Notes under the pieces: model-generated
What the model was told of the DNA's origin: nothing
Database searches by the model: none
The model's input: the letters and a program-made list of their open reading frames with translations, nothing else
Translations under genes and position numbers: made by a program
In this document: positions 37,738 through 47,645 of the stretch, one piece after another
Layout of the letters: each line of letters starts with the position of its first letter
How positions within the stretch are numbered: position 1 is the stretch's first letter
Origin: Psammoneis japonica
Taxonomy: Eukaryota
Length of the DNA stretch: 64,000 bases
Direction: 5' to 3'
Assembly (NCBI GenBank): GCA_008632985.1
Contig: QPGO01000030.1
Coordinates: 248,001-312,000, forward strand

Positions 37738-40700
37738 TCACCAGCCGAAAAGCAAACGACGGAGCTTATAGAAAACCGCCTTAGGTAGCTGTTTCGTGAA
37801 GATGTCGGCTTGTTGATCGGCAGCACGAATGGGTTGAACTTTGATGCGGCCGTTGGCGACTTCGTCGCGAAAGTGGTGAAGTATGACGTTGAAGTGTCGA
37901 GTGCGTGGGCGCATTTTGGGTACGCGAGCGATCTCCAGTGCGGCGGAGTTATCCTCGAACATCGTGCAATGCATGACAGGTGTCGTTTTCACATTAATGT
38001 TTCTCTCCTTGAGTTCTTCCAACAGGCACATGATAGATTTCACATGTCTGGCAGCTGTAGAGAGAGCAATGTATTCAGATTCTGCACTGCTGAGAGCAAA
38101 CATTGTTTGCAGCTTGGAAGCCCAATATAGGGGCACGTTTGCAAATTTGATAGCAAAACCAGAGCGAGAGCGAGCTGTATCAGGATGGTTTGCTGCGATG
38201 GCCTTGTCCCAGTTGCCACAAAAATCAGCATCAACATAGCAATCAAGGCCATATATGTCGTCTGGTTTGATGATGTACCCTTCATTTCGGGTGGCCAGTA
38301 GATATCTTCCAATGTGTTTGATGGCAGCGCCGTGAGAAGCTTTGGGATTCGACGTGAAGCGGGCGCATTGGTGAGCAGCACATGCAATGTCACCTCTTGT
38401 TGATTTTTCTAAGAAGTTCAGTTTGCCAACAACAGAGCGGTAGTTCCATGATTCCTGAAAAGGTGCACCATCCGGATCGGGTCCGACAAGTTTTGTAGTG
38501 CTTGCTGGGAGCTCGTGTGTTTTGGTGTTGTTTGAATTCGAGTTGTTGCGAGTGCCAATAAGACCAAGGTCTTGGAGAATACTGTCAATAAGTTGTGGTT
38601 GGTATAGTTTGAAAGAGCCGTCCGGCAACGTTTCGATTTTGACGCCGAGGTAGTCACCAATGTCGCCTTCATCTGATATACGTGTACGTGTACCGAGGTC
38701 CTTGATACATTGATCAATCTTAGCATCCGAAGGATCGAACATAAGACCGTCGTCGGTATAAACTAGGAATGTGGTTGTTCCACGGTAGAAAACACATTCG
38801 TCGAATGAAGACTGTGTAAAGCCAATGTCGAGTAGTACGTTTCGTAAGAATATAAACCACGTTCGTCCAGCGTCTTTTCCTCCATATATATTTTTCAATA
38901 CTTCCAAACAATGCTTGTTACGATCCAGATTAGGAAAGTTGATGCCTCTTGGTAGTTCCATAAAGGTGGGCCTTGGAATGTCAGCGTGTGGATATGCCAA
39001 TACAAAGTCAACTTGTCTTGATTTCCATTTGAAGAGGATGGAGAGAATAAGGAATAGACGGATGATAGTCCAAGAAAGTGTTGGAGCATAGGTTTCCTCG
39101 TAATGTTTTCCTTTCTTCATTTTGTGTCCTCCAAGTTGAGTCGACTTTTCCACTTGTATACTTTGCGTGTGCCGATACGTCGCTTGCGCTTCATAGACCA
39201 TATTGCAGGAAGAATAGTCTCACCCTGTGGTACATCAGCCTTTTCAATAACTCGCCAATGTTTCCTATCGGTATGGTCTTGGACTTCTTTAACCATAGCT
39301 TTCTTGAATTCGTGAGCGTCTGGTTCGCGAAGAGCCTCGTGCATGTAGAGAGTGTCCGGGTCATTGGAAGCTTTCATGCTGTACAAAATGGGGTCTTCTA
39401 GTTGATTTCGGTCGTTGTCGATGAGATACATGTCCTGGGCAATAGCTTCATAAGTGGTTGCAGCGTATGAGACAATATTTTGTTCACGTTGAAGTTGTGA
39501 CTCAATGGCCCTTTGGGTCATTTGGACTTTACGACCAGAGCGAGTTGTGACCGTTGGTGTTGGCGATCCTGAGTCGGCTGCAGAAGTTTCAGAAGTCTCG
39601 TTTGTTGTTGATGGACCTCCCTCATTTGTTGGAGTAGCGGTTTCTGTTTGATCCGAGTGGCTTAGAGATGATCCTGTATCATTTGTATTGTCCATATCAG
39701 TTGGTGGTAAGTCCGATACATCTGGAGCAGGAGCTGTAGTTTGGCTTTTGTCTTGACTCATCAGTTGTTTTTGGGAGAAAATCTGACGCGTGCTTGTTTC
39801 TTGTAATGACACTTTTCTTGCCATACACTTCGAGGGATGACGGATGAGCCTTTGACAGTCTCAAATAGGTCGTCAAATTTGACATGGTATTGTGGAGAGG
39901 CAAGTCCTGTTTCAAGGTTAAGGATAAGTGCCACAGATCTGGCGTGTCTGGGTGAAGGTCCGAGATAAATGCCCACTCGTGCTCTTGTTTCCCACTTTGG
40001 TAGATGAGAGCCTGACTGTAACTTGTTCTTTAATACATATACAGGACATCCAAAAGAGTGGAAGTGTCGTAGTTTTGGTTTGACTTGCACGTTTGCGAAG
40101 AGCTCTATTGGAGATTCGTTTCTAGGAGATCTGGCGGTATGATTGTGCACGTTGTTGGCATAGCGTATAGCATATGGCCATAAGTGGTGATCAATAGCGT
40201 TTGGCCAGCGATGGTGAGCGTGTATAAGTTGTGTTCTCGCTTGCTCTTGTAGGTCTCTAATGCGTTTTTCTGCTCTGCCGTTTTGAAAGTGTGCATTGAC
40301 TCCGCAATAGGTTATATGCTGCCCTTGTTGACGTACCGATTTGATGAATGCGTTGTCAGCGAATCGTCCATTGTCGGCGTGATAGTGTTGGATACGGACT
40401 CCGAGGGAGCGGGCAAATGCTTCATAAGCAACTTTGGCGTGTAGCGTTTCTTCTGAGGTGATCGATTTTTGTAGGTATACGAATGACAGGTCGCTATAGT
40501 GGTCGACGAAGACCGTGACGTAGCGATATCGTTGACGTGTTGGTATGCCCTTGAGTTGAGCTATTAGTCCAGGCGTGGTGGCGTCGAGTTGGTCGACAGA
40601 TACTACTTGTCCGGCTGCAGTGGCTTTGAAAATTTTGGTTTGTTGTGTGCCCTTGGTTCGCCATGGTACCTTGGTGGCTTTACCATAGCGGCATGCAGCG

Positions 40701-41920
40701 CAGACGGGTACGCGGCAATCAGCGAGGCGCTTGGGTAGGTCTCCTGAGTTAACCATATGTTTAATGCGTGAGAATGGCAAGTGTCCGAGTCGGTAGTGCC
40801 AAAGTAGTAGTTCGTTGGTAGGAGTCAGGTCGTCTGGGAATGTTTGGTCCTCGACGACTGGAACGCCAAAGTTCATATCCGAGAAGTCCACCGTGTTGGG
40901 TGTCGTGGCTTCTGGTGTAGCCGTAGTTGAGTTTGTAGGCGTTGTAGCAGCTGTTGAGTTGCTGTTATCGATGGCCTCGTTGAACGTGTGACGTGCAGTT
41001 GGTGCAGTGGTCTGTTCTTCAGGTAAGTCTTCAGGTTCGGGTTCGATGATGTGTACATTTTGAAATACTTTAGGTTCTCGTGCTTGCGAGTTGTACTCAC
41101 GCTCAAATTCGTTGTGCTTGTCATAGGATGGAGCGGAGCGGAAGACTGGTACGTTTGCCTTGGAGAGCGGCATAGTGCGAGAGTATTTCTCGTCTTGCCA
41201 TCGAAGTATCGTTCGATCGTGAAGTGTCTTTTCATAAGTACCATCCGGATTGTTGGAAATTGGTGCGAGTACTTGTGCCAAGTGTTGTGGCGAGAGAAGA
41301 CGAATTGGAAGCGTAGGTACGTAGTACGTGTTCGGTATGATAAATTCATGAAGTAAGCCATCGTCGTCTTCAACCTTCCATTTAACTTTGCCCTTGAAGG
41401 TCGATTTGGCGTTACCACTGGCAGCTTCCACGACAACGTTGACCTTTGTTGGTGGTTCAATGAAGTCGTCTTTGTTATTCGTCATGCAGTAGGAGGCATG
41501 GTTATCAACTCCGATGTTGAACGAGTCTGTGTCGAAGTTGTGATCGCGGTGACCGTCGCAGTTACAGCCATGGGAGCAGGATGCGGTATGGCATGAGGCG
41601 TGCTGCGACTTGAGACCCATTAGTCGGTAAGTGGCTTTGTTGCACATAATGAAGTGTCGGCGTTTTCGTCGGATATAACGCATGTTGGTCTTGAGATAGT
41701 TTGGTTTCCTTGGTGGTCTACGACTTCTCAGGAGATATTCCGTCATTCGTCGTAACCAGGAACGCAGGAGTGGAAAGGAGTAGAGCCAGTTCAGCAGTTC
41801 CACCATAGCGCAGTAGATCATGTTGAGTGCGCAGAAGAATGGTAGGAAGACTGAGCATACACCGCAGAACAGCCACAACCGTAAGTACAACTTGACTCGT
41901 AATGCAGTGTTGGCGAACAC
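37738..41920 (-). CDS. pol: Copia Pol (protease, integrase, RT, RNase H), split by frameshifts near 39790 and 39125
   Basis: IGVDNHASYCM (PR); LWHYRLGH..C..C, VSVDQL, HADNGRF, QNGRAEKRIR (IN); ETYAP, RQVDFVLAY, NIYGGKDAGRTW, LVYTDD (RT); YVDADF, SSAESEY, FEDN, ADIFTK (RNase H). Confidence 0.95.
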
Positions 41921-43264
41921 TCATTCTTGATCTGATACGTCTTGTACGCCAACATTTGCCATGGAGGCAGTTAGGTCTGATTCGGCCTTGTCCTTGACGG
42001 TGGAGCAGTCCTTGGTAAGGTGAGCGGACCAATACTCGTGGTTCTTGCACCATTTGAATGTTTTACCCTCAACCGTCTTGGTGTGCGGTTGTCCGTCTTT
42101 AGGAGCTGCGTTGCGCCAGGCATGTTTTCCGTAGAAGAGGCATTTCTTGCATCCGTTGGATAGGATCTTGAACCTCTGGCGCCTGTTGTTATTGTTGGAA
42201 CCCGATTCTTTCGTTTTGTTGCCCTTGGTGGAGCTCTGAGTGGTTTTGTTGCTGTTGCCAGTAGAGCGTGGAGCGTTGCGAGCTTTGGTGTCACGAAGGG
42301 TCTTGACTTCGGCTTGTAGCGCTACGATGGTCTCTTGCTCTTTGGTTGGTGCCATCCACTTTTCAGATTCGATAAGGATCTTGTACTTGTTTTCAGCCTT
42401 GAGCATGAGAGCATGTACATCGAGATCTGATCCATCTTCATAGTCGCTCTTGTACTTCTTGATGGACTCGATGAATTCTGAGTCGGTGCACGTGAGGTAA
42501 GCCTTGAACACGTTGTTCAGCAGATCGGAACTAGTGTGGCCGCGAGCAGCAAGTTTCTTTTCCAAAGATTTGACGTGGTTGTTGAAAGTCTTGATGTTTT
42601 GACCGTCAATTGTAGCCATGTAAGCGTCTAGATTGCCCATTTGGTCACGGATTACCGAGACAGTAGCCCTTGTGTCGACTTGAGCCTTTGATAGAAGTGC
42701 CTTGAGGTAGGCTACACCGCATTCTTCGTCTCCAACAGTGTACTCAGCCTTTTCTTCCGTTGCCATGATGGTCTTGGAGGGCTCGTCTAGGGTGCTCTGG
42801 AGACATACGAGGAGTTGGTAGTTATTCTGCGCGTTGCGTTGCGCCAGATTGAGGTATGTAGCGGATACCGTGCGAATCTGCTCAGCTGAGATTTGTCCAT
42901 ACTCGGTGAGCATGTCCTTGTTCTCGGCTGGCAAAGCAGGAACTGCGCCATGGTTGATGTTGATCGTGAGAATGTCGTTCCAACCATTGGTTTTAGAACG
43001 GACCGCGAGTTCTTCTAGGAAGACTGGGATGTTGGGCGATTCAAGACTGAACTGGGTGTCCAACGGCTTGGTCGCGTCTGCGAAAACGAGCGCGTCACCT
43101 TTCTTGGTGTAGTCCAAAACGTCTGCACGGGCCAGCGCTGGTGACTTGGCGAAAGGTCCTGGAGCAGCTGCTGCTGGTGGTGCAGGCATGTTGTTCACAA
43201 TCGGCTGGACAGCCGCCTGGACAGCTTGTGCGATGGCGTTAGCGAGCGCGTCAGCGTCCGCCAT
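41921..43264 (-). CDS. gag: Copia Gag
   Basis: Intact 447-aa ORF inside the 5' LTR, with a C-terminal WCKNHEYWSAHLTKDC Cys/His motif and a TGA stop in frame with pol. Confidence 0.9.
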   Translation of the reverse strand: MADADALANAIAQAVQAAVQPIVNNMPAPPAAAAPGPFAKSPALARADVLDYTKKGDALVFADATKPLDTQFSLESPNIPVFLEELAVRSKTNGWNDILTININHGAVPALPAENKDMLTEYGQISAEQIRTVSATYLNLAQRNAQNNYQLLVCLQSTLDEPSKTIMATEEKAEYTVGDEECGVAYLKALLSKAQVDTRATVSVIRDQMGNLDAYMATIDGQNIKTFNNHVKSLEKKLAARGHTSSDLLNNVFKAYLTCTDSEFIESIKKYKSDYEDGSDLDVHALMLKAENKYKILIESEKWMAPTKEQETIVALQAEVKTLRDTKARNAPRSTGNSNKTTQSSTKGNKTKESGSNNNNRRQRFKILSNGCKKCLFYGKHAWRNAAPKDGQPHTKTVEGKTFKWCKNHEYWSAHLTKDCSTVKDKAESDLTASMANVGVQDVSDQE

Positions 43265-43369
43265 AATGAGGTCTTGAAGTTCCTGAGCACGTCTTTGTGC
43301 TCCTCTTGTTAAACGGCGTATCTTGTTGGTTCGGAGAGAACGTTGCTGGTTCGATTAAGAACACTTTAT

Positions 43370-43382
43370 CGCAGAGGAAGCG
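43370..43382 (-). other. Putative non-canonical primer-binding site
   Basis: Abuts the 5' LTR and lacks TGG; the plus strand CGCAGAGGAAGCG(TG) resembles the D-arm of eukaryotic initiator tRNA-Met. Confidence 0.55.
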
Positions 43383-43636
43383 TGTGAGCTAATAGTTTAA
43401 TTAGAACTAAGTCGACAACTAGCCTTGTGATGAACACAGATAAACTAATTGTGATTACTTTGAATTTTGAAAAGGTGAGAAGACGAACGTCTCAATAAGT
43501 GTTTTCCAATAAGTGTTTGAGATGTCTTCAACAATTTGGGGGCCGTACGTGTAAACAATTTGGGGCCATAGAAATCGAATATTGATAATCGAATGTCGTA
43601 GATGTCGCGAGGCATAAATAGACGTCAATAGTCACA
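43383..43636 (-). repeat. 5' LTR
   Basis: TG...CA termini, followed by the AGTAG TSD. Confidence 0.97.
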
Positions 43637-43738
43637 AGTAGTTATTAGAAATTCGGTGAAAGCCAGCCATGACGGCCGGCAGAAAGCTGTTGTAAAATTA
43701 GGCACGTTGCGTACGACAATCCGTAACCAGGCGTCACA

Positions 43739-44869
43739 ATGTTGTGTTTAAATATTCACCATTGTGGTAGAAGGGCTTTACTTACGGCTAGAAACAGACG
43801 TTTATCGACTGTAACAGTGACAAAGACCAAGGCGTCCTCACGACTGCAGGAACTTCGAGACAAACTGGACGCAGAGGATGCGAGCTTACACGAGTTTGCG
43901 GGAGATAAATCGGTCGTAAAGAGAAGAAAGGCAGCCCCCAGATCGGCCAAGATTTTGCCCAAGCCCAAATGGTTAAAGGCTCAACCTGCTGTGTCAGAGC
44001 AATACAAAGAACTACGGTCCACAGTGCGAGAACTGGGACTTGCCACGGTTTGCGAGGAAGCCAAATGTCCCAACATTGGAGAGTGTTGGAGTGGAAACCA
44101 AGATGGAGAAGGTGCGACAGCTACAATTATGATCATGGGAGACACCTGTACACGTGGATGTTCCTTTTGCGCTGTAAAGACGAGTCGAGCTCCACCTCCG
44201 CTCGACCCCGAGGAGCCTGAAAAGGTGGCTTCTGCCATTGCAAAATGGGGCTTGGATTACGTTGTATTGACCAGTGTTGATCGAGATGATTTGCCTGATC
44301 AGGGATCTTTGCATTTTCGAAGCGTTGTGCAGAAGTTAAAAGAAAAGAATCCCAAGCTGTTGGTAGAAGCTCTCACACCAGACTTCCGGGGCGATCTAGA
44401 TCTCGTAAAGGCTGTAGCCACGTCGGGATTAGACGTCTATGCACACAATATCGAAACCGTTGAGCGCCTCCAAAGGCGTGTCCGTGATCGACGAGCAGGA
44501 TACCAACAATCGCTAAAGGTGTTGGAAGGTGTCAAAACCTTTAACGATACAGCTCTTACAAAAACGTCCATCATGTTGGGACTGGGCGAAAACGATCAAG
44601 ACATTCGAGACACGTTGGCAGATTTACGTGGTGTGGACGTAGACGTGGTGACCTTTGGTCAGTATCTTCAGCCGTCTCGTAGACACTTGCCAGTAAAGGA
44701 GTACGTGACTCCAGAGAAGTATGCCGAGTGGCAATCCGAGGCGGAAGGGATGGGATTCCGGTATGTTGCTAGTGGGCCACTGGTGAGAAGCAGTTACAAG
44801 GCAGGCGAATTCTTCCTGACGAATCTGTTACGAGAACGAGAACAGGAGCAGGTGGCGGATGCAGTTTGA
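43739..44869 (+). CDS. LIAS: Lipoyl synthase (mitochondrial, radical SAM)
   Basis: [47 protein letters not shown]. Confidence 0.97.
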   Translation: MLCLNIHHCGRRALLTARNRRLSTVTVTKTKASSRLQELRDKLDAEDASLHEFAGDKSVVKRRKAAPRSAKILPKPKWLKAQPAVSEQYKELRSTVRELGLATVCEEAKCPNIGECWSGNQDGEGATATIMIMGDTCTRGCSFCAVKTSRAPPPLDPEEPEKVASAIAKWGLDYVVLTSVDRDDLPDQGSLHFRSVVQKLKEKNPKLLVEALTPDFRGDLDLVKAVATSGLDVYAHNIETVERLQRRVRDRRAGYQQSLKVLEGVKTFNDTALTKTSIMLGLGENDQDIRDTLADLRGVDVDVVTFGQYLQPSRRHLPVKEYVTPEKYAEWQSEAEGMGFRYVASGPLVRSSYKAGEFFLTNLLREREQEQVADAV

Positions 44870-45430
44870 TTGCGGTCGATTTGTGTAGGTCGGACTAACA
44901 CAGAGATTTTGGAAAAGACTAGAGACTGCCAACTTCTATATTGGCTCGATGAGTATGTAGAAATCACTAAAGCTCGCCGTTATTTCCACAGCCAACATAA
45001 CACACTGCTTCCTACTAAGGGCCCTCCACTCTAGCTAGTAGTAGAGAGTGGTAGCTTCTCTCTACTACTCCAGTACTCTCTATCATACTTATTAGAGAGT
45101 AGGGCCTAGAGTAGAGATTCCGTTTTATGTACAGTGAACTCGCGCGATGATGACGGACTGACCACTGACGGAGAACTGAGATTGAAGATAGATCATAGAT
45201 CACTCACTTTTCACTTCGCAAGTCGCAAGAAAGCAGAGCACAACACGCAACACGTCAACAAGCACCTAGCTAGAGAGAATAGTCCCTCCGACAAGCGACA
45301 ACTGCACTGTAGCCCTTTCGTCACTCTCGAAGAACCCAACCTGGTATCTTTCTGTTCGATAGCACTCTAAGATACCGGTAGAGCTGTTCGCACCGCTCGC
45401 CGCCAAAGATCCAAATTTCAGAGAAACGCA

Positions 45431-46550
45431 ATGAGGTTGTTTGTCGTCCTTTTAGCTTTATTTAATCCTGTGGTATCTGGGTTTCTTGTGCCTTCCAGTG
45501 ATTCTGTCTCTGGAAGCTTGTCTCCTCGGCGCGCGTCTTTGACGACTCTCGCAGCCTCGCCACAGAGTAGTGTTCGAGTCTGCATTGCACAGCAGCTAAT
45601 TCGAAGTCTGGTCGAGGACAAACAGTGCTACACATCTGAGGCGGGAGCTCAAGCATTCGGTGACGCGTGCTCGCCAAACGTAGTCTATGAAGACTGTTTC
45701 GAGCCTCAACCGGTCGTTGGAAAAACGGTAAGATTTGACATTCAACTTTCGAAGTTCCTCATGTATTAGCTTTGTCTTCCCCAACAAATGAGTCTAAAAT
45801 ATTCATATGTAGGCGGTCACTAACCACATGTTGGAAAAAGTCGCTGCACGAAAGAATCGCGGAGGATTTCGCTTGGACAAAATAAGTGACGGAGTGAAGG
45901 CCTGTGGTTTCGCCTGGACTTGGACGAGCGGATCGGAAGAAGGACTGCGCGGCACAACCTTTGTTGAGCTGAACGATCAAGGTGAAATTCAATACGTCCG
46001 TGAGATTCCAGAACCCATATTCAAACCAGGTGATCTGACGCTAGAACTATTGAAGGCCGTCACAGCCGGGGCCGAGGAAAAACCGACCCCAGAGTACGAT
46101 CAAAAGACTCCCACAGTTGCCAACGAACTCGTTAGATACCTCTTTGAAGAAGTGCAAGGTTCTAGCACCGATGAAGCGATGCGATTCTTTGATAGTGAAA
46201 TCATTTATCGTGACTTTAATTATGAAGATGCTCTGCGAGGAACGGGCGAGGTGCGTAAATTTATTGAAGATTTCAGTTTCCCTGGGATTGAGTTTCGCCC
46301 ACAGCGATTCGATGACGGAGTTGATAGCACATGCTTCACCTGGGAAGTAGTGTTGGCTGATGCTCCAGATACGGTCAAAGGCATTAGTTTTTATGAGTTG
46401 GACTCTGAATCGAGAAAGATTATATACGTTCGCGATGTTCCCGAATCTGCCATCAAGCCTCCAATACTCGGAAAGCTTGCTCGACAGTATCGACCAGGTC
46501 TCGGAGTTTTTTCCGGCGTCAAACTAGGAAGTCGTCCCGGCGGTTTGTAA
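45431..46550 (+). CDS. Plastid-targeted protein with tandem SnoaL/NTF2-like domains
   Basis: Signal peptide ending VSG-F (ASAFAP-type); intron ~45728-45811; two related halves (VVYED..LRGTTFVEL..IQYVREIPE and IIYRD..VKGISFYEL..IIYVRDVPE). Confidence 0.75.
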
Positions 46551-46613
46551 GATGCAAATGAACAGAACGGTATGTGGCACTGCTCTCTCTCTAGCCCCAC
46601 TCGGGCAAAATGT

Positions 46614-47251
46614 CGAACCACTCAGTGGTTCGCAACTTGCGCAACGTGAAACTCGCGACTGACACGATAAAGTAGTACCTACACATATATAACCTTTTAA
46701 TAGAGTCAAAAAGCCATCGTTACCAATGCATTATGTTGTCAGCAACCACTCGTGTATGAAGCACGGTCGCCGTCAAATCACCGTCATGGTCGTTGGCGGT
46801 GATTTTATCACCCCGTAGAAACCACCGTAGAACAGTACCAGAAGATATTATCGAACCACTCAATGGTTCGCTGCGTAGATAAGTACCAAGAACCCCGTAG
46901 AATTATCGAACCATGATGTGGTTCGGGAGGACGTGCGTAGAAATCTACGTGTAATTTGTACCAGCGGGTCAAATGCCAAAATTCACCAGAAAAATGTGGT
47001 TCGACGATGAACAAGACGGCAGTAGTACGGAGACTTTTAAGAACGTAGTAAACCACTAAAATAAAGCATACATATTGTCAAATAGACTTTGCTGTATCGA
47101 CTGATGCAAAGTTATTATAGATGTCTCTTTACCTTCTACCTTTTTAACCATTGTGTATCGGGTCGTTTTGGCGTGCAGCGAACCACGTGATGGTTCGGGG
47201 CAACAGTCGCGCGCATCCGTGATTTCGCGCGGCGAACCACTGCATGGTTCG
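46614..47251. promoter_or_regulatory. Cluster of five CGAACCA-N5-TGGTTCG palindromes
   Basis: Copies at 46614-46632, 46852-46870, 46907-46925, 47179-47197 and 47233-47251; half-site at 46997-47003. Regulatory function is inferred. Confidence 0.6.
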
Positions 47252-47534
47252 CGCTGGGAGTGGGGCTAGGTGTGACAAGTAGCGATGTTTGCCTTCATCT
47301 CCCCCCCCCCCTTTGGTCCTCGATGCGTTGCTCCCCTTCTCGCGCGAATTCGAAATTGAAGAATATCATCGCGGTCAGGTCATTGTTGTCGGTCATCCAT
47401 ATTCTCATACACGACTACGAAGTAATATTATCTTCATTATGACAGAAAGACAGTTTCTTTTGTCGAAATGACCAGGACATCATGTGACTTGACCTCGACC
47501 TCACGAAAAACACGGAGTCCGAAGAGCGAAGCGC

Positions 47535-47626
47535 AACAAACAACAAACAACAAGCAACGGCGTGCCTTGTGGATGGAAGCAAAACAAACAACAAACAACA
47601 AGCAACGGCGTGCGTTGTGGATGGAA
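47535..47626 (+). repeat. 48-bp-period tandem duplication in a 5' leader
   Basis: aacaaacaacaaacaacaagcaacggcgtgc(c/g)ttgtggatggaa occurs twice (47535, 47583). Confidence 0.9.
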
Positions 47627-47645
47627 AATAGAGAACAAGTCATCA

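Larger units (their letters stand above)
37462..43636 (-). mobile_element. Full-length Ty1/copia LTR retrotransposon (diatom CoDi-type)
   Basis: 254-bp LTRs with TGTGA...TCACA termini; 5-bp TSD AGTAG (37457-37461 and 43637-43641); gag-PR-IN-RT-RH order; PPT next to the 3' LTR. Confidence 0.98.
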
